Positions 50,261 through 63,345 of a stretch of DNA of 64,000 bases are shown piece by piece. The notes under the pieces were generated by a model that did no database searches, had not been told where the DNA came from, and was given only the letters and a program-made list of their open reading frames with translations. Every line of letters begins with the position of its first letter. Positions within the stretch are counted from its first letter, which is position 1. A program made the translations under genes and the position numbers. Source of the stretch: Felis catus (taxonomy: Eukaryota); NCBI RefSeq assembly GCF_018350175.1, contig NC_058382.1, positions 54,190,001 through 54,254,000 of the forward strand, read 5' to 3'.

Positions 50261-51510
50261 GGGTTGTTCTGGGTTCAGCTGAAGAACTAATATGAGGTTA
50301 GCAAGTGCCCAGCTCACCCTAGGCACGTCACAGATGTTAGTGGAAGGACCCCAAGTCGTTGCAAAAAAGAGGCATGAACTGGTGAATCCTCCCGGCCATG
50401 TCCTCCCAACCCCTAAGGCTAAGGCACAAACCTAGGAGGTGGCATTCCAGGCACAGAGCAGACTGTGAACCCATAAATCAGGGTGAAACCCAGTAAAGGG
50501 CCAGCGTATACACCCCACACTCCCTCTCATGAGCTGCGAGGCTGGGTGGCTCACTCACCCACTCCGGGCCCCCTTTCCCTCCTGTGGACTGGGAAAAAAC
50601 ATTCCTGCCTCACGGGACTGTCGCCCATGAAAGAAAGTGATGTCAGCTGCATTCCTGGGACATAGGACAGTTTCCTTCCTTCTTTTCCCTTCAAACCTTC
50701 CCACATTCCTTCCTTCAGACTAAGCACAAAGGAGTATTTGACGTGAAGAAGTTTCCATAAAATCACGCCCTGACACAGCCCCTCTGCTCCAAGCACGCGG
50801 AAGTGGCAGATAAATACTGGACTCACAAACAAGATAATCATCTCTGTGCGTGACAGGCAGAATGTCAACACAAAGCACTACGTGGGGCCAGGAGCGCCGG
50901 GCAGGAAGCACACTCGAGGACGGCACACACCAGGGTCCCACGTGAGACGGGAGAGGGGACCCAGGCCCACGGCCGGATGCCAGGGGGTGGCATGAGGTCC
51001 CCTCCGTGAAGGCAGAACAGCAGTAACACGATCACGTCCATGACCACGGCTCTGTCGGCAGCTCTGGGCCAGGTGGAGGCAAACACCAACTGTTACAGGG
51101 GTGCAGGGGGAGAGAAAGCAAAGAAAAACAAAACAAAAACCCCCCTCTTGGAACGAGCCCATACACCAGAATCCCCAAACCTGAAGACATGCTTAGAAAC
51201 CTTGCCAACAATATCAACGCTTGTGACATAAATTGCTCCGAAGAAGATGAAATGAGTATCAAGGAATGATGTGACAAGGACTTTAAAACAGGAATGCCTC
51301 AAATATTCAAAGAGACAGGTGCAAGGAAAAAAAACCAAAAACAAAAACACATTCATTGACAATAAACAAGAAATTCTCAGACAAAAGCAGACAGAAAAAA
51401 CAAAAAGGTAAAGAATAAATGAAAACGTAAACAGCTAATGGGAGAAAAGTATTTCCATATCACAGATAGAAAGCTAAGATTCCCACGCTGTAAGAAGTTT
51501 TATTTACGTA

Positions 51511-51950
51511 TTTTTTTAATTAAAAAAAAATTTTAAGTTTATTTTTGAAAGAGAGACAGAGAGAAGTGGAGGGAGAGAGAGAGAGAGACAGAGAGAAACC
51601 CAAGCAGGCTCTACACTCTTAGCACAGAGCTTGACATGGGGCTCGAAGTCATAAACCATGAGATCATAACTTGAACTGAAATCCAGAGTGGGACACTTAA
51701 TCGACTAAGCCACCCAAGTGTCCCTATTTATTTTTTAAAGTTTTATTTATTTATTTTTGAGAGCAAGAGAGACAGCATGCAGAGGGGAAGAGAGGGGGGG
51801 GTGCGGGGAAACAGAGAATCCCAAGCAGCCTCCACACACTGCCAGCACGGAGCCTGATGCAGGGCTTGAACTCAAAAACGGTAAGATCATGACCTGAGCT
51901 GAAATCAACAGGAGGTTGCTTAACCAACAGAACCACCCATGTGCTCCCCC
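51511..51950 (-). mobile_element. Two tandem Can-SINEs (~51511-51724 and ~51731-51950)
   Basis: Two minus-strand heads (…gccacccaagtgtccc and …ccacccatgtgctcccc); outer TSD taagaagttt at 51491-51500 and 51955-51964. Confidence 0.85.
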
Positions 51951-51999
51951 TCCATAAGAAGTTTCACAGACTGGAGACAGAAGCCCTCAAATTCCTCCT

Positions 52000-53515
52000 T
52001 TAGTAAAGACAGAAGATATGGGCAGGGATTCACAAATATTACATGAAAATGGCCCTTAAACATAAGACCTCAACTTCCTTTAATAATGCAAATTAAAACC
52101 CGTACTAATGGAGTAAAAATTAAAACTATATGGAGATGCCATTTCTCAGCCACCTGCTTGGCAAAAGTTCAAAATCCTAACACCACATTCTGCCAGAGAG
52201 GATGTGAGGAGTTGGGCACTCTCTTAATTGTGGGTAGAAGGCAAAATGGCACAACAGTGATAGGAGGGAATTTGGCAACACATGACAAAACTATTTATGC
52301 GCTTACGCTCAACCCACCAATCCAATTCTAGAAATGTGACACGAACATATACCTCTAACAACACAAAAATATATGTTTAAGGTGACTCCTTACAGCACTA
52401 TTTGCAATTTCAAAATGTTGGAAACTATCTAAATAATATCCAAGCAGAGATTGGAGAAGTACTAGGGTGCATCCACACAATGGAATACTACACAGCTGTA
52501 AACAAAAAAATGAACGAGCTCTTTCTCCATGAACTAATAGGACATAGTTTCCAAAATATATCTTCACATGGAGAAAGACAAGGTACAAAAGTACTTTACC
52601 TTTAGTGTAAGAAAAAAGGGGAGGGGTGCCAGGGTGGCTCACTCATTTGAGTGGACTCTTGACTTCGGCTTAGACCATGATCTCACAGTTCATGAGTTCA
52701 AACCCCCCGTCGGGCTCTGCAATGACAGTGTGGAGCCAGCTTGGGATTCTCTCTCTCCCACTCTCTCTCTCTGCCCCTCCTGTGCTCATGTTCTCTCAAA
52801 CTAAACAAATAAACTTTAAAAAGGAGAAGAAAGGGGAAATGGATAAATCTGATTTTTTTTTTCAAAAAGAAATACAGGAGGAATAAACCAGGAGACAATG
52901 AAACTGGTTACCCAAGCACAAGTGGTTGGCAGAGAGAAGAGAAGAAGGGGTGAAGGAGGGCTGACACTTCTCTGAGTGTGTCTTTTTAAGTCCCAGAAAT
53001 ATATTAAAGCACGTCAAGAAAATAAAATCAATAAGGATGAAGAAAAAGAAACTGAACACAAATCAAAAGAAAGGAATTTAATCATACTTCAAATGAATAA
53101 CATAGGTACACAGGGGGAGAATAGAGAGCCAATATGAATGACTTTTGAATGCAATATTACGACTTATATACCCTCAAACAAACCTTGAACTCTCCTTAGT
53201 GTGTTGGTTTGCACAGTGGTAAGGGTGGATCAGTTCCAAAACTATTTTATGGGCAGTCTAGGGTTGAGCAAACAAGTAAATGCATGATGTTGTGGACAGA
53301 CAGCGTTCTCTCGATGAAAGAAGGGTCAAAAGAATATGAAATGGGGGAAGGCAAGGAAGAATTCAGTGGGATTAGAATGCAAGAAATTTGGGGAATAACA
53401 GGAAAACTTGGAATGTGGATCATAGATTAAAGTATAGTATCGATGTTAAATTTCTGAACTTCACAACTGTACTGTGTTGACTTAAGAGAATATCCTTTTT
53501 CTTAGAAAATACCCA
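52000..53515 (+). mobile_element. Old L1 (L1ME-type) 3' fragments
   Basis: atgcaaattaaaac...gaggatgtgaggagttgggcactctc...gcaaaatggcacaac...acaatggaatactacacagctgtaaa...; interrupted by a SINE at 52623. Confidence 0.7.
52623..52822 (+). mobile_element. Can-SINE
   Basis: GGGGTGCCAGGGTGGCTCACTC...catgatctcacagttcatgagttc...(CT)n and A-rich tail. Confidence 0.85.
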
Positions 53516-53519
53516 TACT

Positions 53520-53747
53520 GGGGCACCTGGGTGGCTCAGTCGTTTGGGCGTCCAACTTCAGCTCAGGTCATAATCTCATGGCCTGTGAGTTTGGGCCCCA
53601 TGTAGGGCTCTGTGCTGACAGCTCAGAGCCTGGAGCCTGCTTCGGATTCTGTGTGTGTGTGTCTCTCTCTGCCCCTCCCCTACTCATGCTCTGTCTCTGT
53701 CTCTCAAAAATAAATAAATGTAAAAAAAATTTTTTTAAAGAAAAAAA
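53520..53747 (+). mobile_element. SINEC_Fc
   Basis: GGGGCACCTGGGTGGCTCAGTCG...ctcagagcctggagcctgcttcggattctg...aaataaataa. Confidence 0.92.
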
Positions 53748-53957
53748 GATTACTATGGGGGGCATGATGTATGTAATCCATACTCAAATAGTTCAGAAAA
53801 AGAACAATAATCTATATAAAATTTGTATAATCATTTATCATAACTTATGAGTATATATGTATGTGAGTCTATATCTAAACATATACATATATGTACATAA
53901 ACATATGTACCAAGAGAGGGCAAACATGGTAAAATATTAAAAAACCTGATGAACTGA

Positions 53958-54186
53958 GGGGCGCCTGGGTGGCTCAGTCGGTTGAGTGACTGACTTCAGC
54001 TCAGGTCACGATCTCACGGTTTGTGAGTTCGAGCCCCGCATCGGGCTCTGTGCTGACAAGCTCAGAGCCTGGAGCCTACTTCAGATTCTGTGTCTCCCTC
54101 TCTCTCTGCCACTCCCCCACTCATGCTCTGTCTCTCTTTGTCTCAGAAATAAATAAACATTAAAACATTTAAAAAAAAAAATAAAA
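53958..54186 (+). mobile_element. SINEC_Fc
   Basis: Full-length; TSD cctgatgaa(c/t)tga. Confidence 0.93.
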
Positions 54187-54261
54187 GCCTGATGAATTGA
54201 AAAGAGCTTCTTTACAATGCTTTCTGTAAACTTTAAATTACTTCATTACTTCATTACTTTA

Positions 54262-54465
54262 TTACTTTATTTATTTATTTGAGAGAGAGGGAGACAAAGC
54301 ACACAAGTTGTAGGGAGGGGTAAAGGGAGGGGGAGAGAGAATCTTAAGCAGGCTCCATACCCAGCACAGAGCCCAATGAGGGGCTCGATCCCATGATTCT
54401 GGGATCATGACCTGAGCCAAAATCAAGAGTCTGATGCTCAAATGATTGAGCCACCCAGCCGCCCC
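54262..54465 (-). mobile_element. Can-SINE
   Basis: Plus strand ...gggatcatgacctgagccaaaatcaagag...tgagccacccagccgcccc. Confidence 0.88.
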
Positions 54466-54584
54466 TGTAAGCTTCAAATTACTTTACAACAAAAAATTAA
54501 ATACACATTTAAAAACAAATATCCTGCAAGTAAGAATCAAACTAAAATTCCATACATGGGTAACTGTAAGAAAAGAATATTTGA

Positions 54585-54812
54585 GGAGCACCTGAGTGGC
54601 TCAGTCGGTTAAGCATCCAACTCTTGATTTCAGCTCAGGTCATGACCTCACGATTGTGAGATCAACTTCCATGCTGGGCTCTGCGCTGAGTGTGGAGCCT
54701 GCAGCCTGCGTTAGATTCTATCTCTCCCTCTCTCTCTCTGCCACCCCCCACCACTCATGCATATACTCTCTCTCACTCTCAAAATAAATAAACATTTAAG
54801 AAAAAAAGAAAA
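54585..54812 (+). mobile_element. Can-SINE
   Basis: GGAGCACCTGAGTGGCTCAGTCGGTTAAGC...; TSD aaaga(a/g)tatttga. Confidence 0.88.
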
Positions 54813-54819
54813 AGAGTAT

Positions 54820-55500
54820 TTGAAGAGACAATAGCTGAGTGTTTTCTAGAACTTTAAAAAGAATTCAAGTTCTTAGTTTGAAAGAGCACTCTGGTTATTA
54901 AGCAAGATAAAGAGACAAATGATAATGAAACTGCAGAATGTCATGGGTAAAGATCTTAAAATGCAGCCTAGAGGAAAAAAAACCCACATTATCAAAAAGG
55001 GTTGACAGACTGATAGCAACAGCGATAACACTAGCCTGGAAAGAAAAAGGAACTTCTACCAACGGAATGCTAAGAATACAATGTCAACCAAGAACTTTAT
55101 ACCCAGCTAAAACAACATTTAAAGGCCTGAGTAAATGGGCATTTTCAGATATCCCACTGCTAACAGCATTTATATATCAGAGTCTGGAGGAACTATAAAG
55201 AGAAACTTCACCATATAAAACAGTTAATTCAAAGGGAGACATAGGACACAAGAAACAAAGTTAGCCTTAAAAAATTTCAATAAATGTGATGACTGGCTAT
55301 AAAAATAATAAACATGATCTTTGGTGTTTAATAACATGGGGTGCACAAAACAAAAACAAGATGTCCAATGAGAATTTAAAGCCAATTAGTGTCCTCCTTG
55401 CTATATTCAATAGGAGGACATCATATTTGTTTGAAAAAAACTTCATAGTTGAGCAAAATAAAAGAAAAAAACCAAATATATATTAGTAATCACATTAATC
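54820..55500 (+). mobile_element. Old L1 ORF1 relic
   Basis: ORF-track peptide ...CQPRTLYPAKTTFK... matches the L1 ORF1p C-terminal motif (QPRILYPAKLSF). Confidence 0.7.
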
Positions 55501-57394
55501 TGAGAGAAGATTAGATTAATATATTAAAAGATAGGGATAATCAGATGAAATAAAAGATGAAAGAATCCGGGTGTGTGAAGGATTCCCTAGGGAGGGACCC
55601 TTCAAGCCAGAAAAGGTCATCTTAGCTCAGCTACAGGGAGAAGGAAACCTGGCCAATCAACCGAGAAACGGAGGAACGAGTCTGAAAGTACCAAGAAATG
55701 GCATGCGGTTGTCAATGTGCAGGAGGAAAGAAAGATGTGTCAGGAAATGCCCTACAGTTTGCAAGATACAGAAAGAAAAACAGAAAAACACAGAACCTGC
55801 CCTGAGACGGGGGAAGGCAGAGGCAAAGGGCTGGAGGGGGCCACAGAGGACTGGACAGATGAGGGATGGACCACAGGAGACTTGTACCATATAGGATCGG
55901 TTTTCAGGAAACATAGCCAGGCCAGGCAGGACTCAGGGTCTTTGCCCAATTTCCACACCAAGACCATGTCAAACCTCAGGCACAAGAGAGCACCAGGCTT
56001 CCTCTGGACAGGGAAGAAGGGGCAGTTTAGACAGATCACAGAGGATGCTACCGCCAAATGAGGGATGTACTGTCCATGCTGCTTCCACACTTAACGTGGT
56101 CTTTCACAGAAACTCAGGCAGCTCTTTGGTTATCACGGACAGTGGGGTTAGGAGAGATCTACACCTGCCCAGAACAAACCAAAATGGAGACTTCAGGGTC
56201 AGGAAGCTTCATCCTCAATCCTTTCTCTCAATGGCTCACCATATGCAATACCTATATTTTGTCGGGGGCTTACTACGTGATTCACATAGCTTCCCTCATC
56301 CAATTCTACAACAGCCCTGTAAAGCATTATTTTACCCCTATTTTACAGAAGAGAAAACCAAAAGCCAAGGTCACTGTGCCATCAGGAAGTTCCAGGATAG
56401 GGTTCAACCTCCAGCATCTTGATTTCAAACTTGACACTTAGTTCAAGCACCAAGACTCAAACCTAACACTAGTCTTGAGCCCTCCCGCTGGTGTTGGCTC
56501 TGCTTTTCTTCCCAAGAGCTCAGTCTTTGCTCAACAATGCAGGAAGGAAAATTTGGACACGACACCTGGTGTCGTGTGTCATGTGATGCTGTTCCCAAGC
56601 CAAGCTCATTTTGCTGAATTATCATCATCTGTACACTTGCCTGGTGCCCCCACTGAACTCTTTGGGGATGAGTCTGAGAGCTACTCACCTCTATGGCTAG
56701 AAGACGGAGCCCAGTGCCTGGTACACAGCAACGGCTCTGCAGAGCATTCGCTGGCGAAACGAATGAGTGACAAACAAATGGAGCAACCCCATCGTGCTAC
56801 GTGCCAACCTCATAATTAACACTTGTGACGTTGGGACGCATTCAGTATTCATTGCTCAATGTGTTGGTCACGCTCCCACACCTGTGTATTAGTCCCGTGC
56901 AGAAAAACATTTGTTTTCTGAAATCAGGTTGATCTCACACCTAGATGACTCATATCCCACCTAGGCCTTCTGCCTCACCGCAGCCGAGCGAGATCTCACT
57001 TCTGAGACGCCCAGAAAAAGAGAGCAGTGTGAGTGCTATACATGTTCCTTCCCTTGCACAGAAAGTAGTAACACCATTCGCGGTCGGAGCCATCAGCACA
57101 CAGAAGGAAGAGGTGGAGACACCGGAGCCCTTCTCTGTACTGGAAGGCCCAACTGCTGAAGGTCTCGCCCCTCTCAGTGTGGCTCTGCTCTTACCTGCTC
57201 GGGAATTCTTCCAGGGAAGCTCCCCCTCTTCTTGTGGCTGTTTGTACATCCTTCCTTTCTTTTCCTTTTTTTTACAGCCTTTCTTTACTCTACCTTCCAC
57301 CATCCATTTGGCACGTAATTAGTGAGTGCCTATGACGTGCCTGGCACCTGGGACACACTGATGGGCAAAACCAGACAGGGATCCCACATTCCAT

Positions 57395-57563
57395 GTTGTC
57401 TAACAGAACATCCTGCAACGATGGACATGTTCTATATCTGCACTGCCCAACACAGTAGTCAGTAGTCGCATATGGCTATTGAAACTTTAAAATTTTTGTT
57501 TAATTTCAATTCACTGAAAATCTAAACACATGTGACCCATAGCCACCATACTGGACAGCGCAG
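57395..57563. mobile_element. MER3-like hAT-Charlie element
   Basis: ctgcaacgatggacatgttctatatctgcactgcccaacacagtag...tatggctattga...agccaccatactggacagcgcag. Confidence 0.75.
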
Positions 57564-57685
57564 GTAACCATGCTGCAGCATAAATATCTTGCTCACCTTG
57601 GGAATCCTAACATACCTTTTCTCACATGTCTGACTCCCTCCTCACCCTCAGCCAGATTCATAAGGACAAGGGCCGTATTGGTCAC

Positions 57686-57757
57686 TTTTTTTTTAATTAA
57701 AAAAAATTTTTATGTTTATGTTTTGTGTTTATTTTTTATGTTTATTTTTTATGTAAG

Positions 57758-57808
<51 letters not shown>

Positions 57809-57930
57809 GGAGAGAGAGAGAGAGAGGAAGGAGCAGAGAGAGAGGGAGACATAGAATCCAAAGCAAGCTCCAGGCTCTGAGCTGTCAGCACAGAGCCCGA
57901 CGTGGGGCTCGAACTCATCAAGTGTGAGAC
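57686..57930 (-). mobile_element. 5'-truncated SINEC_Fc containing a (CA)n microsatellite (~57761-57804)
   Basis: gagacatagaatccaaagcaagctccaggctctgagctgtcagcacagagcccgacgtggggctcgaac; long CA run next to the (GA)n segment. Confidence 0.85.
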
Positions 57931-59575
57931 AATCATTCTTAAATCTCCAGAACCAGTGCGCCCAACACACAGAAGTGCCTCAGTCACTGCGAAACCAGGG
58001 AACGAGTGGATAACTGAGTAAGTGCTACACATACAATGGAAGTCCTATAGAAGTTTCTGTCCCCTGATGGAAGGAGAGACTGGGCACCAAAGGCTGGAGA
58101 GCAGGGTAGGGATGGTGCTGTGGCCTCACAGGAAGATGCGAGCCTGGGCACGGCCCTTCCTGCCCATCCTTCCCACTGCTCCAGTCTCCGTCAGCAGTTC
58201 CAGAGAGAGAAGGGAGGGCTGGGACCACCTTAAGGGCAGTTCCCACCGGAGCACAGCACTGCTGTCTACCAGGCACTGTGTGCAGGCGCTGAGAGGACAC
58301 ACCAGTTCCACAGTTAAGCACAGCCACCTCTTCGCTGACTGCAGGATCAGGGCTTTCCAGCTGCAGTTCTCAGAAGAGAAAGTGATAGTTCTTGCGCATG
58401 AGAGCCGTTTCCTGGTCTGTGGTTGACTCACCCAAGATCCCTAAAGCGCTGTGGACCGTTCTGAGAGCACGCTGAGAGGGGAAGGGTGGGGAGGGGAGGT
58501 GCGACGTTTCTGTGTCCAGCACATCGCAAGTCTGGAGGAATCAGACTCACTCAGCAGCATCTTTCAACGGAAGCATGGTTCAGAGGTCAGGACCTTCGGA
58601 AGTAGGGGGTGGGGGGCCGCAGTTGAAAAGACCCCCCCAAATCACTGCACCCACTGGTGTCCCGAGAGTTCAGAGTGCCCGACCTGCACCTGAACTCAAT
58701 ATATGTATGCTTATTTCATGGCTGCTCACTGTCCTGACCCTTAACTGTCCCCGAACTCAAGAGCCAAGCCCGAAATGGCAGGTAGATTTTTAAAAATCAT
58801 ACACAGCAATGTTAGCCAGACACACCATGCATCTTAGGAAAGCTGAGGTTCCAAGATTACTTAGAACTGCTGGGAGGGATGGAGCGTACATCTTACGCTT
58901 ATGGCCAGATGACGAAATGCTTCAAACAGGAGAGCCGAGCATGGATCCAATATGCAAAAAGACCTGATGAAAAGTAACTTCTTCCACGGCTCACATCACG
59001 TCTCCGGTGCTAAAACCCTTCCAGAGCCACGCCGACCCTCAAAGCACCATCAGGCCAGAATCCTAGACCTCGGAGGGGCTCCCCAGGGTGTTCAAAGGGC
59101 ACAGGGACTCTGCTTAAAACCCATTTTCTCATCCTCTCTTGCCGCGGCTCTGCTCCCAACCTCTGCCAGCTGGCCTCGCCTGTCTGCCCCTAAAACACCC
59201 TCCTCCGGGGACGGCTCGAAGTCCTCAGGTGCCCCCTGCACTTCCTGCTTCCGGGCCACTGCTTCAGCTGCACCCTGGCCATTTCCCTCAACCTTGCACG
59301 TGGGACCCTCAGGGCCACCCGAAAGACCTCTCTTGCAGGCGGCTTGTCCATTCCACCCCAAGTGCCTACTGGCCGACCGTCCAGCCCCTGACTTCTCAGC
59401 ACACCCGGCTTTGCAGCGAGTCGTCTGGGACCTTCTGATTCCTTACGCGGTTTCATTAGCTTCAAATTCTCTGGAAGGTGAGGCGAGCTCCCGGCACGTA
59501 GGGGGCACCAAGAAACCCCTCTTTAACTGAATTGTAGAAAAAGTGATCTCAAGAAGCTAAAAAAAAAAAAAGCAT

Positions 59576-59901
59576 TTTCTTTTTTTCAATTTTATTTGAA
59601 AGAGAGAGAGAGAGAATACATGAACCAGGGAGACGGGAAGGGGGAAACAGAGAGAGAACCTTAAGTGGGTTCCACCCTGACCCTGACATGGGGTTCGATC
59701 CCACGACCCTGGAATCTTGACCTGAGCCAAAATCAAGAGTTGGATCCTCAACCGACTGAGCCACCTGGGCACCCCAAGAAATTATTTTCTTTTCTCTTAA
59801 TGTTTATTTATTTATTTTTGAGAGAGAGAGAGAAAGAGAGCGCAAGATCATGACCTGAGTTGAAGTTGGATGCTCAACCAACTGAGCTACGGAGGTGCCC
59901 C
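59576..59901 (-). mobile_element. Two tandem Can-SINEs, the second internally deleted
   Basis: Heads end at ...gccacctgggcacccc (~59775) and ...ctgagctacggaggtgcccc (~59901); the second jumps from (GA)n directly to agatcatgacctgag. Confidence 0.8.
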
Positions 59902-59984
59902 CTGCCCCACTCACGGAATCATTTTCAAATGATACCTCTGAGCTCCCAGGTATCTCCATCCCTCAAGAAAAACAGCAGCAATTA

Positions 59985-60210
59985 AGAACACTGGTCTGGA
60001 GCCAGACCAACTGGATCTGAATCCTGGACTAGCCATCTACTAATCGATAGATCACAGAATTATTTCACCTCCATATGCCTCAGTTTCCTAACCTGTAAAA
60101 TGGGGAGAGACATAGGCCCCACCTCCTGGATTAATTGAGTTACTATGTATGTGGTGCTTAGAACAGGGTATAGCTCGTAGTATGGACTCATAAACAAACA
60201 CTGGCTATTT
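59985..60210. mobile_element. MIR element
   Basis: ggtctggagccagacc...ggatctgaatcctgg...gcctcagtttcctaacctgtaaaatgggg...acctcctgga...gtgcttagaacag. Confidence 0.75.
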
Positions 60211-62895
60211 CGGTATGGTATGGAAATTACTGATCTGTCTTTTCCCCATTTATTTTTTTTCTTCCCTAAACTGTGAGCATCTTGTGTCATTCATCACATT
60301 CCCAGAACAGTGACCCACTTCTAGGTACACAGTGCCTGGCTTATAGCAGTAACTAAATGTTTGAGGAAGAAAACACAAGTGTAGTTTATTGATGATGTTT
60401 GAAGTAGATATTATGTATTTTCTACAAATCTTAATAAGACCCAGTTTCTACTGTCTGGAACATTCTTCCTTCTCCTCTTTGCCCGACCACACTCCACGCA
60501 TCCTTCGGGTCTCAGATCAGATCCTGCTTCCACCTGCAAATCTGGCCTCTAACCTCCTAATTCTGGCGGGTCCCTCCCTCCCTCACGCACACGGGGCGCT
60601 CCCACATCACCATGCACTGCAACGTGTGGATACTTCCTCAGGCTTTCCCACAAGAGGGTGAGCTGGGCAAGGACCTCATCGTGCCTCACACGCAGCTGAA
60701 GTCCCAGCATCCTACACCATGTCTGGCACTCTGGTTTCTCTTTCCCACCCAGTGAAGGTGAGGAGTTGTGGGTGGGAAGCCAGGCCAGCAAGGGGGCATC
60801 TTGTTTAAACTCCAGGAACGCAGCACAAGTTCACTCTCCACCAGGGTGGAGAAGTAGGAGGGAATCAAGCAAGAAAGAGGCCAAAGGTGGGAAAAGAAAA
60901 AAAAGAAAAAAAAAAAAAAACCCCACCAGATGTCTATATTATTGAAGAAAACACACACCTAGAGACCGGAGCCTCCAACCCAGTACCAGTGTCACCAAGA
61001 TGGCGGGAGAAGACTCAAGACTCTTTGACTTCCATCAGGGATGGAAGTGACGAGGTTGGTCATCCTCCTGCCCAGAAGTGGAGCCTCCTGAACTCACCTT
61101 ATTGGTTTACACACAGAATGAAGATGAATATCCTAGCATCCATGAAAAAGCTGCAGGGCATCTGGCGGTAGGGCCAAAAGCATGCCCCAGAAGCACCACC
61201 ATCTACCAAAGGGGAAGAAGAGAGGTCGGCATTCACTGAGCACTGACCAGGAGCCAGACCCCGCCATTTCATCCTCTGTGGTGCGTACTGTGATTCCCAG
61301 AGCACAGGGGTGAAAATCGAGGCTCCCGAGCTGGCATGATTCGCCTAGAGTCACCGGCTCCCCAAGAGGCAGACTTTGTACTTGACTAACAGACCCTCTG
61401 TCTCCAAAGCCCATCCTCACCCTTCCCGTGTCTTCCTGGCCATGCTGCCTCCAGAGTTCGCAGCAAGTTTAAAGGAGAAATCTAACCCTTTCTGCAACTG
61501 GGATTTCTACTCACAAGTCCACCGCGTTTTCTCTTCCACGGCAAGGGTCAATACAAAACACAGAAAATGCAACCCAGATGAAATGCACTCTACTGAAATG
61601 GATCCCCAGGACCCTTGGGGGGTGGGCAGGGTGGAGGGTTGGGGGAAAAGCCCAGGCATTTAATTAAGAGCCTGTGAGACAGCGTGACTGTTAAGGGAGA
61701 AGGAGCGTAGCAAGTAGGGCGCTCACAGCAGATGGTGAAAACAACTGTCAGACAGATAAGGAAAGAGAGACATCTTTCGTGGCTACAGACCCTGACAAAA
61801 CATGAGCTCTCTGTGACACGTCCCCAGAAGCAGGGAGCCCAGTGTGAGCACGCAGGACAGCCCGAGGTCGGTGGGGGGGGGGGGGGAACGCTGACATGAG
61901 TGAATGGGGGTGAGGGGGGTGGACCTGGGCCAGGACCCACACCTCACAGCAGTGAGGGACTCTTGCTTTCTCTCTTTGGTCCATTCACGCATCCACTCCC
62001 TCGTTCGGCAGATATTTCTTAAGCACCTACTAGGTGCCCAGCGTTGTGAGGTGCCAGAGACACAACTGTGAGCAAGACAGAGGGCAGCCCTGCCCTCGGG
62101 GAGCTCAGGATCTCCTGGAGTGAGGGGGGCGGAGATTATCCACCTAATCAGGCCGGGATCATGACACAGAGGTAAGGGCTGTCGCTGAAGAGACACTGTT
62201 CAGCGCGCGCTAACTGAAAGCTGTCTACACTGGGAGTCCGGGAGGGTTTGCTCAGGGAATCGCCTCTTGGGTGAGGCCCGAAGGAGGAGGAGAGGTCGAC
62301 CACCCACACGAGGGCTGGCCGGACGGGAACACGCACGTGGCGCACAGGGAGACAGGCGTGAATACGGTGCAAGGCAGGCCGGACCGGGCAGGCTTTGAGC
62401 CACAGCGCGGGCTATGGGAAGGACTTCCTCAGCCCCTTCCCGAAAGAGCCCAAAACACCTCCCTCCTGCAGGCTCCGCCTGTCTGGGTCTTTAGCCAACC
62501 CCAACTGCGCAGAGAATTCCCTGGAGCTTCAGCCTCCTCTGCGGGCTGGTCCAGAAGTAGCTGGACTGCTACCTTCCTTGCGATGTGGCTCCCGGCACCC
62601 ACATGTGGACCCCTGGCTCTATGTCCCTGTGCCTACTGTCATCACCCCCACCATCCCTGCCTTTTTTCTGGCTCATTCTATCAGACTCTGCTTGTGCATC
62701 ACCTCCTCCAAGAAGCCCTGACTCCTAACTCCACTCCCAACTTGGCTTAGGCATCCCCGCCCACCGCTGCCTCAATATCACCGGCATATCTCTTCGTGGT
62801 GTAAGGCACTGAAATTACCTGTCTAAACGCTTTTTGGTACATGGTAGTCACCCAATGAGCGCTGGTTGAGTTAACATATATAAGAAAGGATTAAT

Positions 62896-63345
62896 GGGGT
62901 GCCTGGGTGGCTCAGTCGATTAAGCATCTAACTCTTGATTTTGGCTTGGGTCATGATCCCACGGTTCATGGGTTCGAGTCCCACATCAGTCAGCATGGAG
63001 CCTGCTTGGGATCCTCTCTCTCTGCCTCTCCCCACTCGTGCATACTCTCTCAGGTATGTGCACCTATCTTTCTCTTAAAAATGTTTTAATGTTTATTTAT
63101 TTTTGAGAGACAGAGAAAGAGAGGGAGAGGGAGAGAGATGGAGTGGGGGAGGGGCAGAGAGAGAGAGGTAGACACAGAATCCAAAGCAGGTTCCAGGCTC
63201 AGTGTTGTCAGCACAGAGCCTGACGCGGGGCTCGAACCTACGAACCGTGAGATCATGACCTGAGCCAAAGTCGGACGCTTAACCGCTCAGATGACCCTCC
63301 TGCTCTCTCTCTTAAAATAAATAAATAAAACTTTAGGGAAAAAAA
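62896..63345. mobile_element. Nested Can-SINEs: a minus-strand copy (~63081-63290) inside the 3' end of a plus-strand copy
   Basis: Plus head at 62896; minus copy flanked by tctcttaaaa at 63071-63080 and 63308-63317; the plus copy's tail (aataaataaataaaa) resumes afterwards. Confidence 0.85.
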
